NCBI GenBank assembly: GCA_051362555.1
Contig: CM120641.1
Location: 3,658,001 to 3,722,000 of the forward strand
Length of the DNA: 64,000 nt
Source of the DNA: Lingula anatina
Taxonomy: Eukaryota; Animalia; Brachiopoda
Direction: 5' to 3'
Shown piece after piece: positions 1 through 13,115 of the stretch (position 1 is the stretch's first letter; each line of letters starts with the position of its first letter). Position numbers and translations under genes: made by a program. The notes beneath the pieces were generated by a model, which searched no databases, was not told the DNA's origin, and saw nothing but the letters and a program-made list of their open reading frames with translations.

Positions 1-616
1 AAGTAAGTCATAGTAGCCCACTTCTATACTAATATGGGCAATCCAGCTATCGGTTCGACTGACCGAACTTACTCTCTGATGACAATACAAAGTATTCTCC
101 ATATATATACTGATACACTGAAATAAGCACATAATGCATTTAAGTGATTCCTATAGCAAGAGATAGTGAAGACCTTTAACATAACTGAATTAACAGATTC
201 ATTTAATATAATTATAGCTGAGACACCTGAACAATTGACACAATTTGATTTAAAATTGGAAGTTTCTAAAATATAATCTGACCATGAAATCACCACTATG
301 ATATTTCATAGGCCTTTCTTAAGTTTTTCTCCTATTTATCATGAAATCACCACTGTGGCATATGATGTGAAAATGGCAAGTAGCCTCGTAACCATGAAAA
401 CTGACGAAACCTAAGATGGCCGCCGCGGTATTATTTATTTATTTATTTATTTACTTATTCTAATGATTCAATATAATTTGATTAAATAATCTAAATTATG
501 TTTTATGTCTGAGATGGTCATTGGATGATCCAGAGGATTATTTTTCAATGCCTATTCATTGTGGGGAAAAGTTGGAGACTAAAGAAGTGTCAGCTTCTCT
601 CTCTCTCTCGCTGTCG

Positions 617-671
617 CACACACACACACACACACACACATACATACACACACACGCACACAGAAACACAC
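617..671. repeat. (CA)n microsatellite; further SSRs at 2028-2069 (TAAA), 11025-11055 (GA), 55427-55464 (TTATG), 61808-61853 and 63887-63943 (TAAA)
   Basis: Read directly from the sequence. Confidence 0.9.
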
Positions 672-857
672 GGCTATTTCTTGTTTCTTACATGTACTAA
701 AACTAAAAACTGTGTGAGAGGAGAGTGAAAAGGTGAGAACAGTGTGGGTGATTAAAAAACACGGTTCTAATTCACTTACCCTAAGGACTTTTTAAAATAC
801 TGCTTGGTGCCACGCTTGCTGCATTGGTAAATTTTTTTCTCCCTCTTTTTGTTACAG

Positions 858-2030
858 AGGTAGGCATCATTTGCGAATTAAAGAACACCACCATTGGCTG
901 CCTGCAGGAGACAGAGAGGAACAAAGTGATGAAGATCTTGTTTGCCAACTACGGCCGAACCAGCGACATCAAGTGCCGCCATCCCTACAACACCTCATCG
1001 CTGCACGAGTCTCTCAACTGCAGTGCTGCCAATTCTACCAAGATAATCCGGGATTTGTGTGAGGGGAAACGCACCTGTCATCCGGATGTCTCCAATGCCG
1101 TATTTGGTGACCCTTGTTATGGGACGTACAAGTACCTGGAGGTGGATTGGCAATGTGTGGACCCAGGTAATAATAATAATACGTTTTGGCGGGTCAGATG
1201 TCGAGGTAGTTTAATAGGGAAGTGGAGATTGGTATAAAAGTGCCCCAAACATGGCCTAAAATTGCTGCTACTGTCTCCGCAGTTTATAGGGGTCTAAGAG
1301 GCTTTTATATGTAAAGAGGAGGCTGCACAGTTATCTAACAAAGCCACTAACTTATCACTTAAAGTCATCTCATATCCAACAAAAAACATTCTAAAACACA
1401 ATGACTTGATTACATCTGGTAATAATAATGTGAAAAATATTTAAAATTTATATTCGGCAAACACCTATCTCCATTTACTTTAAATCTGTTGGATGCCCAT
1501 ATTGAATATATTTTTAATTGTTAATAACAACTGGTCGGGAATAAGGAAATGTGTTTTCATTATGTATCGGGTGGATAAATGACTAAAAAAACGCATTGAA
1601 CTTTAAATGACTGAAAAAAGCGCATTAAACTTTAAATTTGAGAATCTAAAGAGTTCTCTGTTATTCAGAATCATATACGAGGTAGTGCCTTTCGCCAAAA
1701 AATGTGTCGTTCAAAAACCAAAATAATAAATAGTTACAAAACGTATGCCGAAGCCAACTGCTTCATAGTTTCTAGAATGATATTTACGTTACATTTTTAA
1801 GAATAACATAGATAAAACACATTTTTTACGCATGTTTATATAAACACACCTCGTATTTTATAATGCAATTTTCTGTCAAAAAAATCGGAATTAGGCAGAT
1901 GCACGCACGGTAAAAATCTACAGTGTTACCGGTACGACTCAATGTTAAGACATTTGAGTAGTTAATCAACTAGGAGATCCACAAATCTTACAGCCTGTGG
2001 CGGCTGTGCACTAGTTCAGAAATTACAAAA

Positions 2031-2069
<39 letters not shown>

Positions 2070-2564
2070 AAAAGAGAGAGCCTGCTATTTGTGCAACTTC
2101 TCGGCCAGTCAATAGAGTTTTAACTTTAAAATTACGAACAATGTATGATAGACTTAATCCAGATTGTTGCAGCCTCTATCCAAAAGAGAAGTGTATTTTA
2201 AGAACATCCTATAATCACATAAAACAATTTGAATGAAGTATAAATGTCTGGATCTGAAAAAGATTACACTTTAGACCGCAGCGCTAATTTGACCTACAAA
2301 TTTTATTCCGAATTCTTTTAGTAAAAAGACCGCCCCTACCTTATTTTTCAAAATTCAATGTGCATTAGATGATAAAGCACGCGAATATATTAATGAATAA
2401 AACTTAACCATTATAAATGATGAAATCCTGAATGTTTGTTTAAAAATCTGATTGCATAGTTTTTCTTTCCAGGTACGCTCAGTTCTGTGACGAGAAATGA
2501 ATGCAGCGTTGGAGCTCTGCTCACCATTGCCTTTGGTCTGGCATTCTCTCTTAGCAGAACCTAA
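858..2564 (+). CDS. SUEL/rhamnose-binding (Gal_Lectin) domain protein with hydrophobic C-terminal tail, probably GPI-anchored; 5' part lies upstream of the window
   Basis: Exon 858-1166 (phase 1-1, ttacag|...|gtaat) encodes ICE...ANYGRT...C...C.GK..C...N.VFGDPC.GTYKYLEV.WQC, the SUEL signature. Terminal exon 2473-2564 (tttccag|) splices in frame as GTLSSVTRNECSVGALLTIAFGLAFSLSRT*. A donor-like aa|gtaagt at positions 1-8 suggests the previous exon ends at position 2. Confidence 0.85.
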
Positions 2565-3014
2565 CGCACCGACAGGAACTACGAGCGCCAAGTAAAGATT
2601 ACATAAGCTTTAGCGTGCCATAAGCACAAAAGTTCGTCTTCAGAGTATGTCAAACACATTTTATTTGTTTGTAAACAAAACAGCATTAAGCCAGATTTTG
2701 TAGTTTTATTTTAACGTACTAAAACACCATTCGCACCTTTTCAAAATATAATTGGGAAATGGAACTATTGACGTTGAAGAGATTTGCCCAAAAATATAAG
2801 AAATATATAAGTACAGGCTAATACTAGAAAACACTGAATAAAGGGATTGCAGGTCACGTGTTACAGACAATGCTTTAAGAACTGTCCGATTTTGGGCACT
2901 GAGCAATATTAAAATATGTAAACATCTCGCACTGAAATTAACCGATTAAAAAATCTGTATCTGCGTTCCAGCGCTGTATACCCTATCTACTTTTACAATG
3001 TAAAAATCTATCAC

Positions 3015-6000
3015 TTATTTTCTTATACTTGCACTTTCGCAAGAATCTTTTTTCTTGTTAATTTGAACATTTAAAAAGTTAACGGTCCCATTTTTCAGAC
3101 CGACGCAAAGTTTGCGTCCAATCACAAGCAAACAGGTGACTATGTGTTCAAAATAAAATTGGCATAGTGAATGAGATTCTTTAATGTTGTGTTTTGGCAC
3201 TAACCATAAAATTATAGATTTATCGTAGGACCCTGTGATAATATGATTGTCGCCATATGGCACTATAGCCGTCACAGCACGGGTATGAGCATATGCGTAT
3301 TGCTTACTTTGTGTTTGTTCTCCTAAGAGGTTCATGGAATCCCCACTGTTAATGTCTGCTATATTAATTGTACATTTTGGCCCCTCTGTGAAGACACGCG
3401 AGCCTGAACACGAACGCGGTCGACTCCACGCGGTGTTGTACGTCAGCATCTGCTTTGACGGTATATCCGTTGTCAAGTCGATCATCTGAGCAAAAATGTC
3501 TTTGTGGCAACACATGACGAACTTGCCGTCTGACGACACTGATATGCATCGCATGCCGTAATGTTGCTGTGTGGAAATTACCCTGACTAAATTCCCATTC
3601 ACAGTTTCGTGAACACCAATTTTGTTGTCTGATGACGCCGTAAGAAATAATGTTTGATCCGGAGTACGGCACAAGTGCTCTACACCGAATGGGGCGTGAC
3701 AGGCATTGGCACGTATTCTAGGCTTCAGTGCCTTTCCATTGTCTTTCAAGTTCCAAATACAAACTCGACCATCACTAGACCCGGTCAATAAGGTTCCATT
3801 TTGAAGAGCTAAGATACTCTTTGTGGCACTGGGGGCACTTAATTTCAAGACCAGGGCTTTAGATGTCAAGTCCCAAAGCTGAACTAAATTGTCGCCATGC
3901 ATCACAAATGCAATGAGATTCTCTGATACCGCTTTCACGCGGTCTATATGAAATGCGCCGATGTGCCATCTTGTGCGTGTCCACTGTAAACAATATGGAA
4001 ACGCTTCTCCATCTTTACCTTGTGCGTATTCTACGAAATCGCCCTCTGACGTTAACACCAACACAGATGTGGCATTTGGCAGCAATTCTATACATTTCAC
4101 TTCACCGGTAACACTTGGCAAAGTCGATAATGTTTTCCCGTGTCTCGTCACTATGGTAACACTGCCATTGTCACTTCCGCACACCAGGTGTTCTTGATCC
4201 TCTGAGATCGCGAGAGCAGTGGCGATTTCAACCTTTGGAAGGCCAGAATTTATTTTGGAATTTCTTTCGATTTCCAGTATGAGGGTTCTCAAACGGCTGT
4301 CCTCGTCAAAACCTATAATGATTTGTTTAAACTTTGGAAGGGGTACTACTGGGAAGGGCGGCATGTTTTTGATTTTGACAGTCACTATCTCATGCTGTTG
4401 TTGCTCCTGGTAATCCCTTTCATATGACAAAGTTGTAATTGCGTCGTCACATAACGCCGATATGGAGCATTCTGGCGTCACTCGCAAATGTCTTACTCCG
4501 AATTGTGATGTTCTTATCACACGCAAAATGGCTGTTTGTGTTGGCCTTTGAATATCCCACACATAAATGTCCCCGTTACAGAGTCCAACGATAAGGGGGT
4601 GGCCTTCTAAAGCCGCTAAAGTTCCTATAGCAGCTGGATGCACATATGAGAACGCTGCGTTTTGGCTTTCGTCCTCCAAGTTCCAAATGTGCAAGGTTCC
4701 AGTTTGGGATCCAGTGAAACAGCGGTTTCCATGACTTGAAACAGTTGTTATTCTGTCCCCATCGTCATGCCTCCCTATAACTTTGACGGCTGTTCCATTT
4801 GATGAATCCCATAATATCACCTGCCTGTCCCAGGAAACAGAAATGGCATATCTTTCATTAGATGCTGACGTCATTGCCGACACCGGTCCCTCGTGGTTTG
4901 GCATGTGACTTTGTGTCGAAGAATTATCTAGACTGGAAAGAGAAAAGCACGACTGTTTTACTGATTGGTCGACCGATGCCGTGTAAATAGTCATCGTGTT
5001 CTCTTGGAAGGCACATTGGATCCCCCGTACTGCAGCAGAATGGATCTGAGCCTGAAATACCAGTGAATGGTCGTCGTTCACGTCCCAAAATTTGACCCGT
5101 CCATCATCTCCACCGGACAACAATAAGGAGTGCGATTCGTAACGTGCAAGACACAAAGCAAATGTACCGCCCTCGTGCCCTTTCAAGATTCGCCGTACTT
5201 CCAACGAAGGGAAATTTAAAACACCGATTCCCGTCTTCCCGCCAACATAAAGCTGACGTTGATATCTGCTGAAAAACAAAGTATAAAGAACTCCCAACTT
5301 TGGATTACAAGATGTAACTGGGCACTCCGGTCTGTTTTTTCGCCACAAGTAGACAGTTTTATCATAAGAGCAAGAAGCAAAAAATGTCTCCTTTTCAGAT
5401 AAATTGGTAAAACATGCGCATGCGACTACATCGGTGTGGGCAGCATACGTGAACTGAACACTCCCGTCATTTAAATACCACAATTTTATAGTTTTATCTC
5501 CGGAGACTGTGAGTCCCGATTCGCCATCCGCCGATAATACTAACGAGAATATCTGCCTGTTGTGAATATTGGAGAACGTTTCACGGAGGCATTTCCCCTT
5601 TAAATCCCATAGCTTGACAACACTGTCACAAGCGGCTGTCACGACGAGGGTTTCGCTACTGTTGACACCAAAACAAGTAACCAAATCATTGTGCTTTGTG
5701 AGATCTGATCCGAGGCAAGTCTCTCCTCCTGTTATTGGATCGATGAGCCGTACAAATCCGTCCCCAGATGTCGTAACGATCGATGAATCCTTTAACACTC
5801 CTAACCCTAAAACAGCTGTGCTATTGTGTGCGCTGTACGTTTTAACAACATGCCCATAGGGTGGGGAAATACACGCACGGTCAGGTAAAAAACATGAATC
5901 GGCATCCTCAAAAAGTTGGTTTCTAACATCTTTAAGAAAATCAGAAATCCCAATTATTTCTAAATTACTAAGGGAGCCCAGGAACACGGGGCCTAGTTGC

Positions 6001-8702
6001 TTCTTATCGCGGATGATGGCTGGAGCGTGGAGAAGTAAAGCTTTGTTGATGGCATCATGCAAGGGGCTGAATTGAGGACGTTCGAAGTCAGAAAGTATTT
6101 CTGACAAAGATGTTTTATTCAATTTGGCTTGAAGCCAGCGGAATGAACACAGGAGTCCTATGTAAAATGACTCGAACTCTTCTCCCATAGCTGTGCAGTG
6201 ATGAATGAAATTGGTGTACACATATTTGTCACCTGAAAAATCCAGGTTCCACCAAGGATAACTCAGTACAATAGCTTGGTCATTCTCATAGCAGCTACTG
6301 CAACCCAATTGATCTTTGCCACTGTTTGTGTTTGATCCGCTAATCGTGGGACGATCTTTGCAGGGACTGTGCCTCTGAACTGAACGCTCCAAATCATCCT
6401 GGAACCCTGAATCCGAGCGGTCTTTCTCAGCCGAGCACCCTGCTGCCGGTTCTTCCAGCCGTAACTTTTCAATGTGCTGCAACCCGATTGTGCCTTCTGC
6501 AGCTGCGACGTATGCCGCCAGGAGGGCCGTGTGCATCCGACGGATCCCATCCGGTCCCCACAAAGTCTCAGTCTTATTCTGAATGTACTGCAGTACCAGG
6601 TCGTGTATTCGGAAATAACAGTCTCCATCTTCATCTTCAAGCTTAAATCTGAGCAGAGATTTATCTGCCAGTGTGAACAGACATTCACGGACATGTCTTG
6701 CAACTTTATCTTGCTTTTCAGCGTTGGATTTATCTTGCATGTAGCTGCATAGGATAGCTAATGTTGACGATTGAATTAAGGCATCTTTTTTGAACAACGA
6801 CACCTTAAGAAGTATTTCTTGCAGCATGCTGTACGGCTTGTTTGTATCGCCGGCGTCTCGCAAACAGGCAAAAGTTGCCTCAAAGGCGCCTACAAAAGTT
6901 TCAGGATAACTGTCTATCGGCAGACGTCTGGATTCCATCCACAATTTGTCTTTCTCTTTCAAGGATGCTGCCATGTCCCTCCACCTCTGAGAAGAAAATG
7001 GCTGCGAAACCGACGTGGCACCTTGCCTGAGCGACGAGGCAACTAAAGCAATCGCCAGAGGATATCCTCCTAGATAACTGTGTATGGCGTTGGCTTCCTT
7101 TGTTATTTTGTGGTCATTTAAGAGCTTTTCTGTCACATTTGCACATTTGAGGAACAACTGCCAAGCATTTTCAACATCTAAATGATCAAGAGTATATATT
7201 CAAACGTTAAGCATGTTGATAACAGCTCGGTCGCGAGTTGTTATAAGCAGCAAACAGTCTTTAGAAATTGCAGTAAAAGCGCTGGCATCATCTGGATTCC
7301 AAACGTCGTCTAGCACAAATAATATTTTCTCGTGCATCGTGAACTGTATTAACCAACTTCGGGCAGAAATACGATCGGCAAAATCTTCCTGGGATTCACT
7401 ACCTTGTAGGTGCCGTCTTACACTACTGATGATTTTCACAACGTCCGGTGCTTTGCCGCAATGAATCCAATAAATATGTAGAAACATCCTTCTGTAAATG
7501 TATCTGCAGATGAGTGTCGCCAGCGAAGTCTTCCCAATGCCGGGAGCACCCGAAATACCAAACATATTACTGCCCTCCTCGGGGACTTGGCCCATGAAGG
7601 ATTCGGCAATGAAGACGACATCGTCTGTTCTTCCCAATAAGTTGTGAGGGTTGTGGACCTGGATACCGTGAACGAGTGGTTCTGAAAGAGATAAGATTAA
7701 AATGCCGCTGAAATGTGCACCCTAAGACCCCATGCAAAGAGAAGGTGGCTTGTCTTCACGTCCCACGTATTCCAATTTATCAAAAAAAGCTTGCGGCATA
7801 ATGTAGTGTATTGCAGTTAAGATCAACATTTCCAAGGCAACCTAAATAGCCAGATTAAAACTAAAAGTAATATAACTCTGTGCTCCTTTAAATCGATATG
7901 TAAAAAATTTACTTACTTGTACCCCATTCTAGTTCTGAAACAAAATGAAAATAACATTTTATTTATACAATATTTACAACTGTTTATCTATGGACAGCCC
8001 ACACCTGATACTGATGGGGACAACTCTCTACCCAAAATACACTATAATATCAGAAATTGGTTTCAAATAGATCCTTAAATATAGTGTGAGGCAGCGGCTA
8101 AGATTAACTATATTTCCAGGCATAAATTTAGCTTGTATGCATTTGTATGACTTTCTTATATTATAATATCTGTAACTTAAATGGAATGCTCTGTAAGCTC
8201 TATTACATAAACCAACCTTTGCTGAGTTGCTTTGATAGCTTCTTCAAAAATTCTGGATCGTCATGGTGTATTACATCTCTTTTGTGTGTATATTTATAAG
8301 GTACGATCGTGTCTTGCAGCAATACAACAACAACAGATCCACGGCGAGGTCGTTCGGTATCATTTTCCAGAGAGAGTGCTAAGTTTGCCGCGTACAAACA
8401 TGAAGGATCGCTCAAAAAATCTGAAGTTATCACTAAAACAGTTTTGTCGCAATTTCGTATGAAATCGATCAATTCGTCTATTATAATAGCGCCAGGTGGA
8501 ATGTTAGTTTCATCCAAGAAATGAAATTCTGCATTGGACTGCGTTTTCAAACTGTCCACCAGTGCCGCCCTCCAATGTTTCGCTCTTGGGTTTAGTTCGA
8601 TGCCCACAAGGAACACTTTTTGGGGCATATCATCATAGGAATGCGTGAAGATTATACGAGTGCCTGTACCTTTGTTGAGCAATTGCCTTCCAGACGCAAG
8701 CC
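3015..8702 (-). pseudogene. TIR-NB-ARC-WD40 STAND gene, copy A, with premature TGA at 7200-7202; pseudogene or truncated ~303-aa TIR-NBD protein
   Basis: Exons 8702-8217 (TIR), 7934-7917 (18-nt microexon) and 7681-3015, all GT-AG and phase 1. ORFs 7200..7637 and 3015..7157 are in the same frame and split only by GTT-TGA, where copy B has GTT-CGA (a7202 vs g21570). Confidence 0.85.
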
Positions 8703-10919
8703 CTATAATATAAGAAGTGTTAAAAAGGTGTACTAATTCATAGGTAACTAAAAGCAAGGGTTAAGTTGTTTACCTTTCACAAGTTAAATGTTTTTAAGTC
8801 CCAGCCCAATAAATCTACAACGTTAATTTCAGTTGGAAGAGCGGGAATGATTAGAAGGTCCACGTTAAAAAGGCCATCCTCTTACACCAATTTGATGGCC
8901 CTACTACATGTAGTAGCATTATTATTTAAGTGATTCCGCCGGCCTTAGGAAATGCAACATGTAGGTTGCAGCAGACAGTGGACTCGCCTTGCCTGGAATT
9001 CCTCTCCCCTTTATTTCATTAATAACACTGGTTGTAGGATCAATACAGGCGCTTGTTTGACTAGTCTCTTTTCAACCTACGGGTTATTTTATCTCACTCA
9101 TGATATGAGTATTATATTATGTCAGTGAAATACGTATATGGTGTTCTTTGGCCATACAGAATATATACCAAACCTTAAATTCCTTTTGGATGGGAACCCC
9201 ATCTCCATGTGCGTTCCACAAGAGTAGACCATGTTAAAGGCTTGAAAAAAGCCAAAACTAACACTCAGAAACGCAGGGTACCAATCTGCTCTCTAGACAT
9301 TTGTGATTCATTGCGTTGTATGATATCATCCCCTTAATTAAGTCTTAAGCAGGGGGCTTGATAAGACAAACTACAGGAAGCAAACCTTTGTTAATCAATT
9401 ACCTGTTTTATTTTCAAGAGTTTTGACTCGTTATTTAAAAATAGTTAACTCAGTAAATATTGACCGAGAACACATTTCTTCAGCCTGACCCTTACAACCA
9501 AACAACTTTCTGGATTTCAAGGGACAATAACGCTTTATATCGGAGGGAAGGATGCCATAATACGGATTTCATGTGTCCCACACTTGCCTATGGTTAATGA
9601 ATCCGTTCCGACATTCAGAGTAAGGTGATGTTTTTTTTCTTAAGTGTGTTTTTGTAATAATCTCTGAAGAGATTATTACGGAGGTTAAAGTCATCTATGA
9701 ACGTCCACGTGCTCTGATGGCATGGACAGATGTCAGAATCATTGCGAAAACCGCCGTTTTGGTGGTACATGTAAAATGGTATTGCTTATATGTGTTGTTT
9801 ACAATGTATTTATTGAAAAATTTTGAAACTCATATGAGGAATTGTTATCCCTTTAAATTAAAAACGGATTACTTAAAAGTAAAATCATTCTGGTTTTAGA
9901 TTAAAACGCACGTCATCTCTTAGATAACGTTTTAATATTCTGAATTAATTCTTGCTGTGTGGTATGGCTATCTTATCAAAGGTAAATATACATGAACAAT
10001 ATATACAACAATAACGCGGCGATACATTCTAAATGTATTCATACCACCGCACTTTGTGGGGCACTTAGTAGTCCCAATATATAAATATCCTCACACAGTA
10101 AAGTAGCAATGGAACCCATATCAGTTTCACTGAAATTTGTCAGCTTTATAAGTGTGATCGCAGTATTCTCTATATTTGATCTATAGTTTATGTTTGATGA
10201 TGCGTTGACAGTATATTGTTGCTCATTCATTCATTATGACACAGGAAACCACTGGAAGGGTAAAGGTCGTGGCAAACAAGCTTAAGAACAACAGTCGCGA
10301 CATAGGCCTAACATTCACATAGAGCACACGAGAACGGGAAAGGCCGTGCAGATTAAACAGTGGCCCACAGCGTGTCAACAATGTATTACTGTTAATAATA
10401 TAATCGAAAAGCAAGGGGATAGGATCAAGGGCGGTTTTAGCCCGTCTTCTGGGTCTTCCGGGTTTCCAAGTTTAAGGAATCACGAGGATTATGATTTTAA
10501 ATGAATAAAAAAAATCCCCCAAACACATCCGCGCATAAAATCAGTTAGATCCCTCAAAGTCGATGCAAAGTGGTCTTTATCTACTTGTAAATTCACCGTA
10601 TATTCCACCAATAAATTCAGCTTTGACTCTTTATTATTTAATTTATTTCTAATGTAGTGACAAGCATAAGAGTAGGCCTAGTGAACGAGACAGCTGAAAA
10701 TATCAGGATTCGATGATCTAGAAGAGCATTCGGTGCGTGCGTGTGTGTATGTGTGTGTGTGTGTGAAAGAAAGAGAGAGACGTGCTAATCTTTCCGATCA
10801 AAAAACACACAACGCCCCCAGTATTGACTTACTTGTGATACATGTAGTACCGGTAGCTTGTTCAATGACTGCAATGCGGTGTGTTGATCTTGTGCTCTTT
10901 GCGAATCGGAGTATCAAAT

Positions 10920-10939
10920 GGAAATTCCCAATGACGTCA
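10920..10939. promoter_or_regulatory. Adjacent NF-kB site (GGGAATTTCC on minus) and perfect CRE (TGACGTCA) upstream of STAND copy A
   Basis: ggaaattccc at 10920-10929 and tgacgtca at 10932-10939. A minus-strand donor (caa|gtaagt) about 90 bp downstream at 10832 is compatible with a non-coding first exon. Confidence 0.5.
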
Positions 10940-11022
10940 TCGTCGTATTTTGCCATTGTTTATCAAGTACTGATCTAGGTCATGAATCGATCAAAATGAG
11001 ACTTGTTAATTCGCATATTAAA

Positions 11023-11059
<37 letters not shown>

Positions 11060-12563
11060 AAATGTTAACAATTTCTCAGCTTAACAGAGGCTTAGGCCCT
11101 AATATTTGTCAAAATTTCAAATGTTATCTCTTGTGCAGGAATATCAGCCCGGGGTTTAAATGTCGCTGGAAACTTGCCACGCCTACCTAAATAGCCTACT
11201 GCAGTCGTTTTCAGTGTCTATAAAAATATCCCAATATACGGGCTACCCCCCCCCCCCCCCCCTTTCGATTTCTGAAAAAATATCACACCAAGGTCTCCTT
11301 TTTAAATAAGAATTTTGACTAGCTGAATCATAGTTCTAAACCGTACTAAATGGCACCGTTTGCCCTCTAAAATACCAATTTTTTCGAGGCCGGGGGGGGG
11401 GGGGGGGGGGGGGGGGGTGAGTATGGGCTTTGCATCTGCAGACCCCTCCCCCCTTCAAATGATCCTGAGTCCGCCCCTGCAATATGTGGGCTGCTGGAGA
11501 CGGCAGAAGGACGCTGATATTAGGGACGAGTTTCCAGACCATCCAGAGAACTCTCAAACTGGTGAAAACATATTTGTTTACTTCAAATCGTCCAGAATAT
11601 ACTGACGGCTGGCCACAATCCCCCGCCATGCCTTCCCAGATCTACAAGGTAGGCATGTAAGGTGGTGGGGGGGGGGGGAACAAATAGGGATTGTATATGT
11701 ATATGTATATATACATGTATATAGTGGGGGCATTTACTAGCCAACTATCCTGAATACTTTCCTAAATATTACATTTGGTGGAAGATCCATTTTCGGACAG
11801 GTAAGGTAGCGCATTTAAATTTTATTTGCCGGAATTGCATGGTATTTGAGTCTTTTTACTCTCAATAGACAAAAAGTGCCAGCGAAATGTTGTTTGTCAC
11901 TCTCCAGTTACTGCTGTGAATGTAGAAAGCAATGTGGCCTGAGCTTACACATCAAGAGCACGGTGAAAACATATATCTAGGAGGGAGCGTGTGGCTTTCA
12001 ACAGAACTGATGCTGGGTATATCGTCTATAGAGTTGAGAAAATGGTTAAGACAGTAGAATCCCCAGCCGAAAGCTCCCACCCATAACACTAATGAGCAGG
12101 AGCAAAACAAAGAGTGGTCTTTGAAAACTTTGATACGAAACATTTGAATCGTAATAAAATTCGAGCCATATAGCTTATACTGTAAACATTGCCCCCCCCT
12201 TTTACGCCGATGCCACGAAATTTATATTTATAAACTTTTTTTCTTTTGTAAATACTCCTTCTCTTAGGTAACTTAATTCAACAACCCTTAATGTGTCACT
12301 TGTCAGATCTCAAGCAGAAAGGCGCGCGAAGCAGTCTATTCTTCTTCTTTAGAGGTTGTGCCCATAGGCCGTCTCAGGAAAGAACTTAAACCCGAAAATT
12401 TGTCTAATCCTAAGACGTCTAACTTAAGTCTATTTTGACATGGATAAATCAGTAGTACATTTATTAAACTAATATTGAGAATTTGCACGGTTTTAATCAG
12501 AAAGGCATGGTTATATCGGTGTATTTTTTTATTTTATTCAGGTGGACTACATGTACTGTGGAT

Positions 12564-13072
12564 TTATCTTGACCCAAAGTAGACCGCTTGAGCGTGGTCT
12601 GGGCGTCCGGCGTGGTCTGGCTTGCCTTGTGCTTTCTCTGGTTTTCCTCCAAACTGGTCACCAGAGCCGGGCTCGTTAGTTGGGAGTGGACAATGTGCCC
12701 TTTGCAAGGTGCGGTCCTTGCAGTACGCTTGGAACAGGTAGCATCTGGAAGAAAAAGATATAGTGAGTGCACTGTTATCATGCCTTGTCCAGCTACTAAT
12801 CTATTAGACGAAGCCAATAAGGACTTACACGAAAACAATGCAGTTGATATAGCTCTCCATCTTCTTAATTAATCAAGATGGCGTAGGGGGAAGGGGTTGA
12901 GGTAGGGAAGGGGTAACAATTATGGAACAACATCTCTGATGAACAGGTTTCGTGCCTTTTTACTGTCAAAGAAAACTGACTGTTCCATAAACATCTTACC
13001 AAAACTAGAACCACGACATCATTTTATCTAAAAAACTTTTAATTTGACTTGCATTTGGATTAGGAAAGTTGT

Positions 13073-13115
<43 letters not shown>

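Noticed and set aside
7157-7202. Frameshift, intron or selenocysteine/readthrough between the two copy-A ORFs
   Set aside because: The ORFs share a frame and differ from B by one substitution. The TGA replaces Arg at a CpG and is followed by A, not a typical leaky context.
9403-9770. Possible extra coding exon upstream of TIR (donor cag|gtaatt at 9402; ORF MYHQNGG... in copy B)
   Set aside because: There are stops in the frame needed to join TIR and a 1-bp indel between copies. At most it is a UTR or decayed exon.
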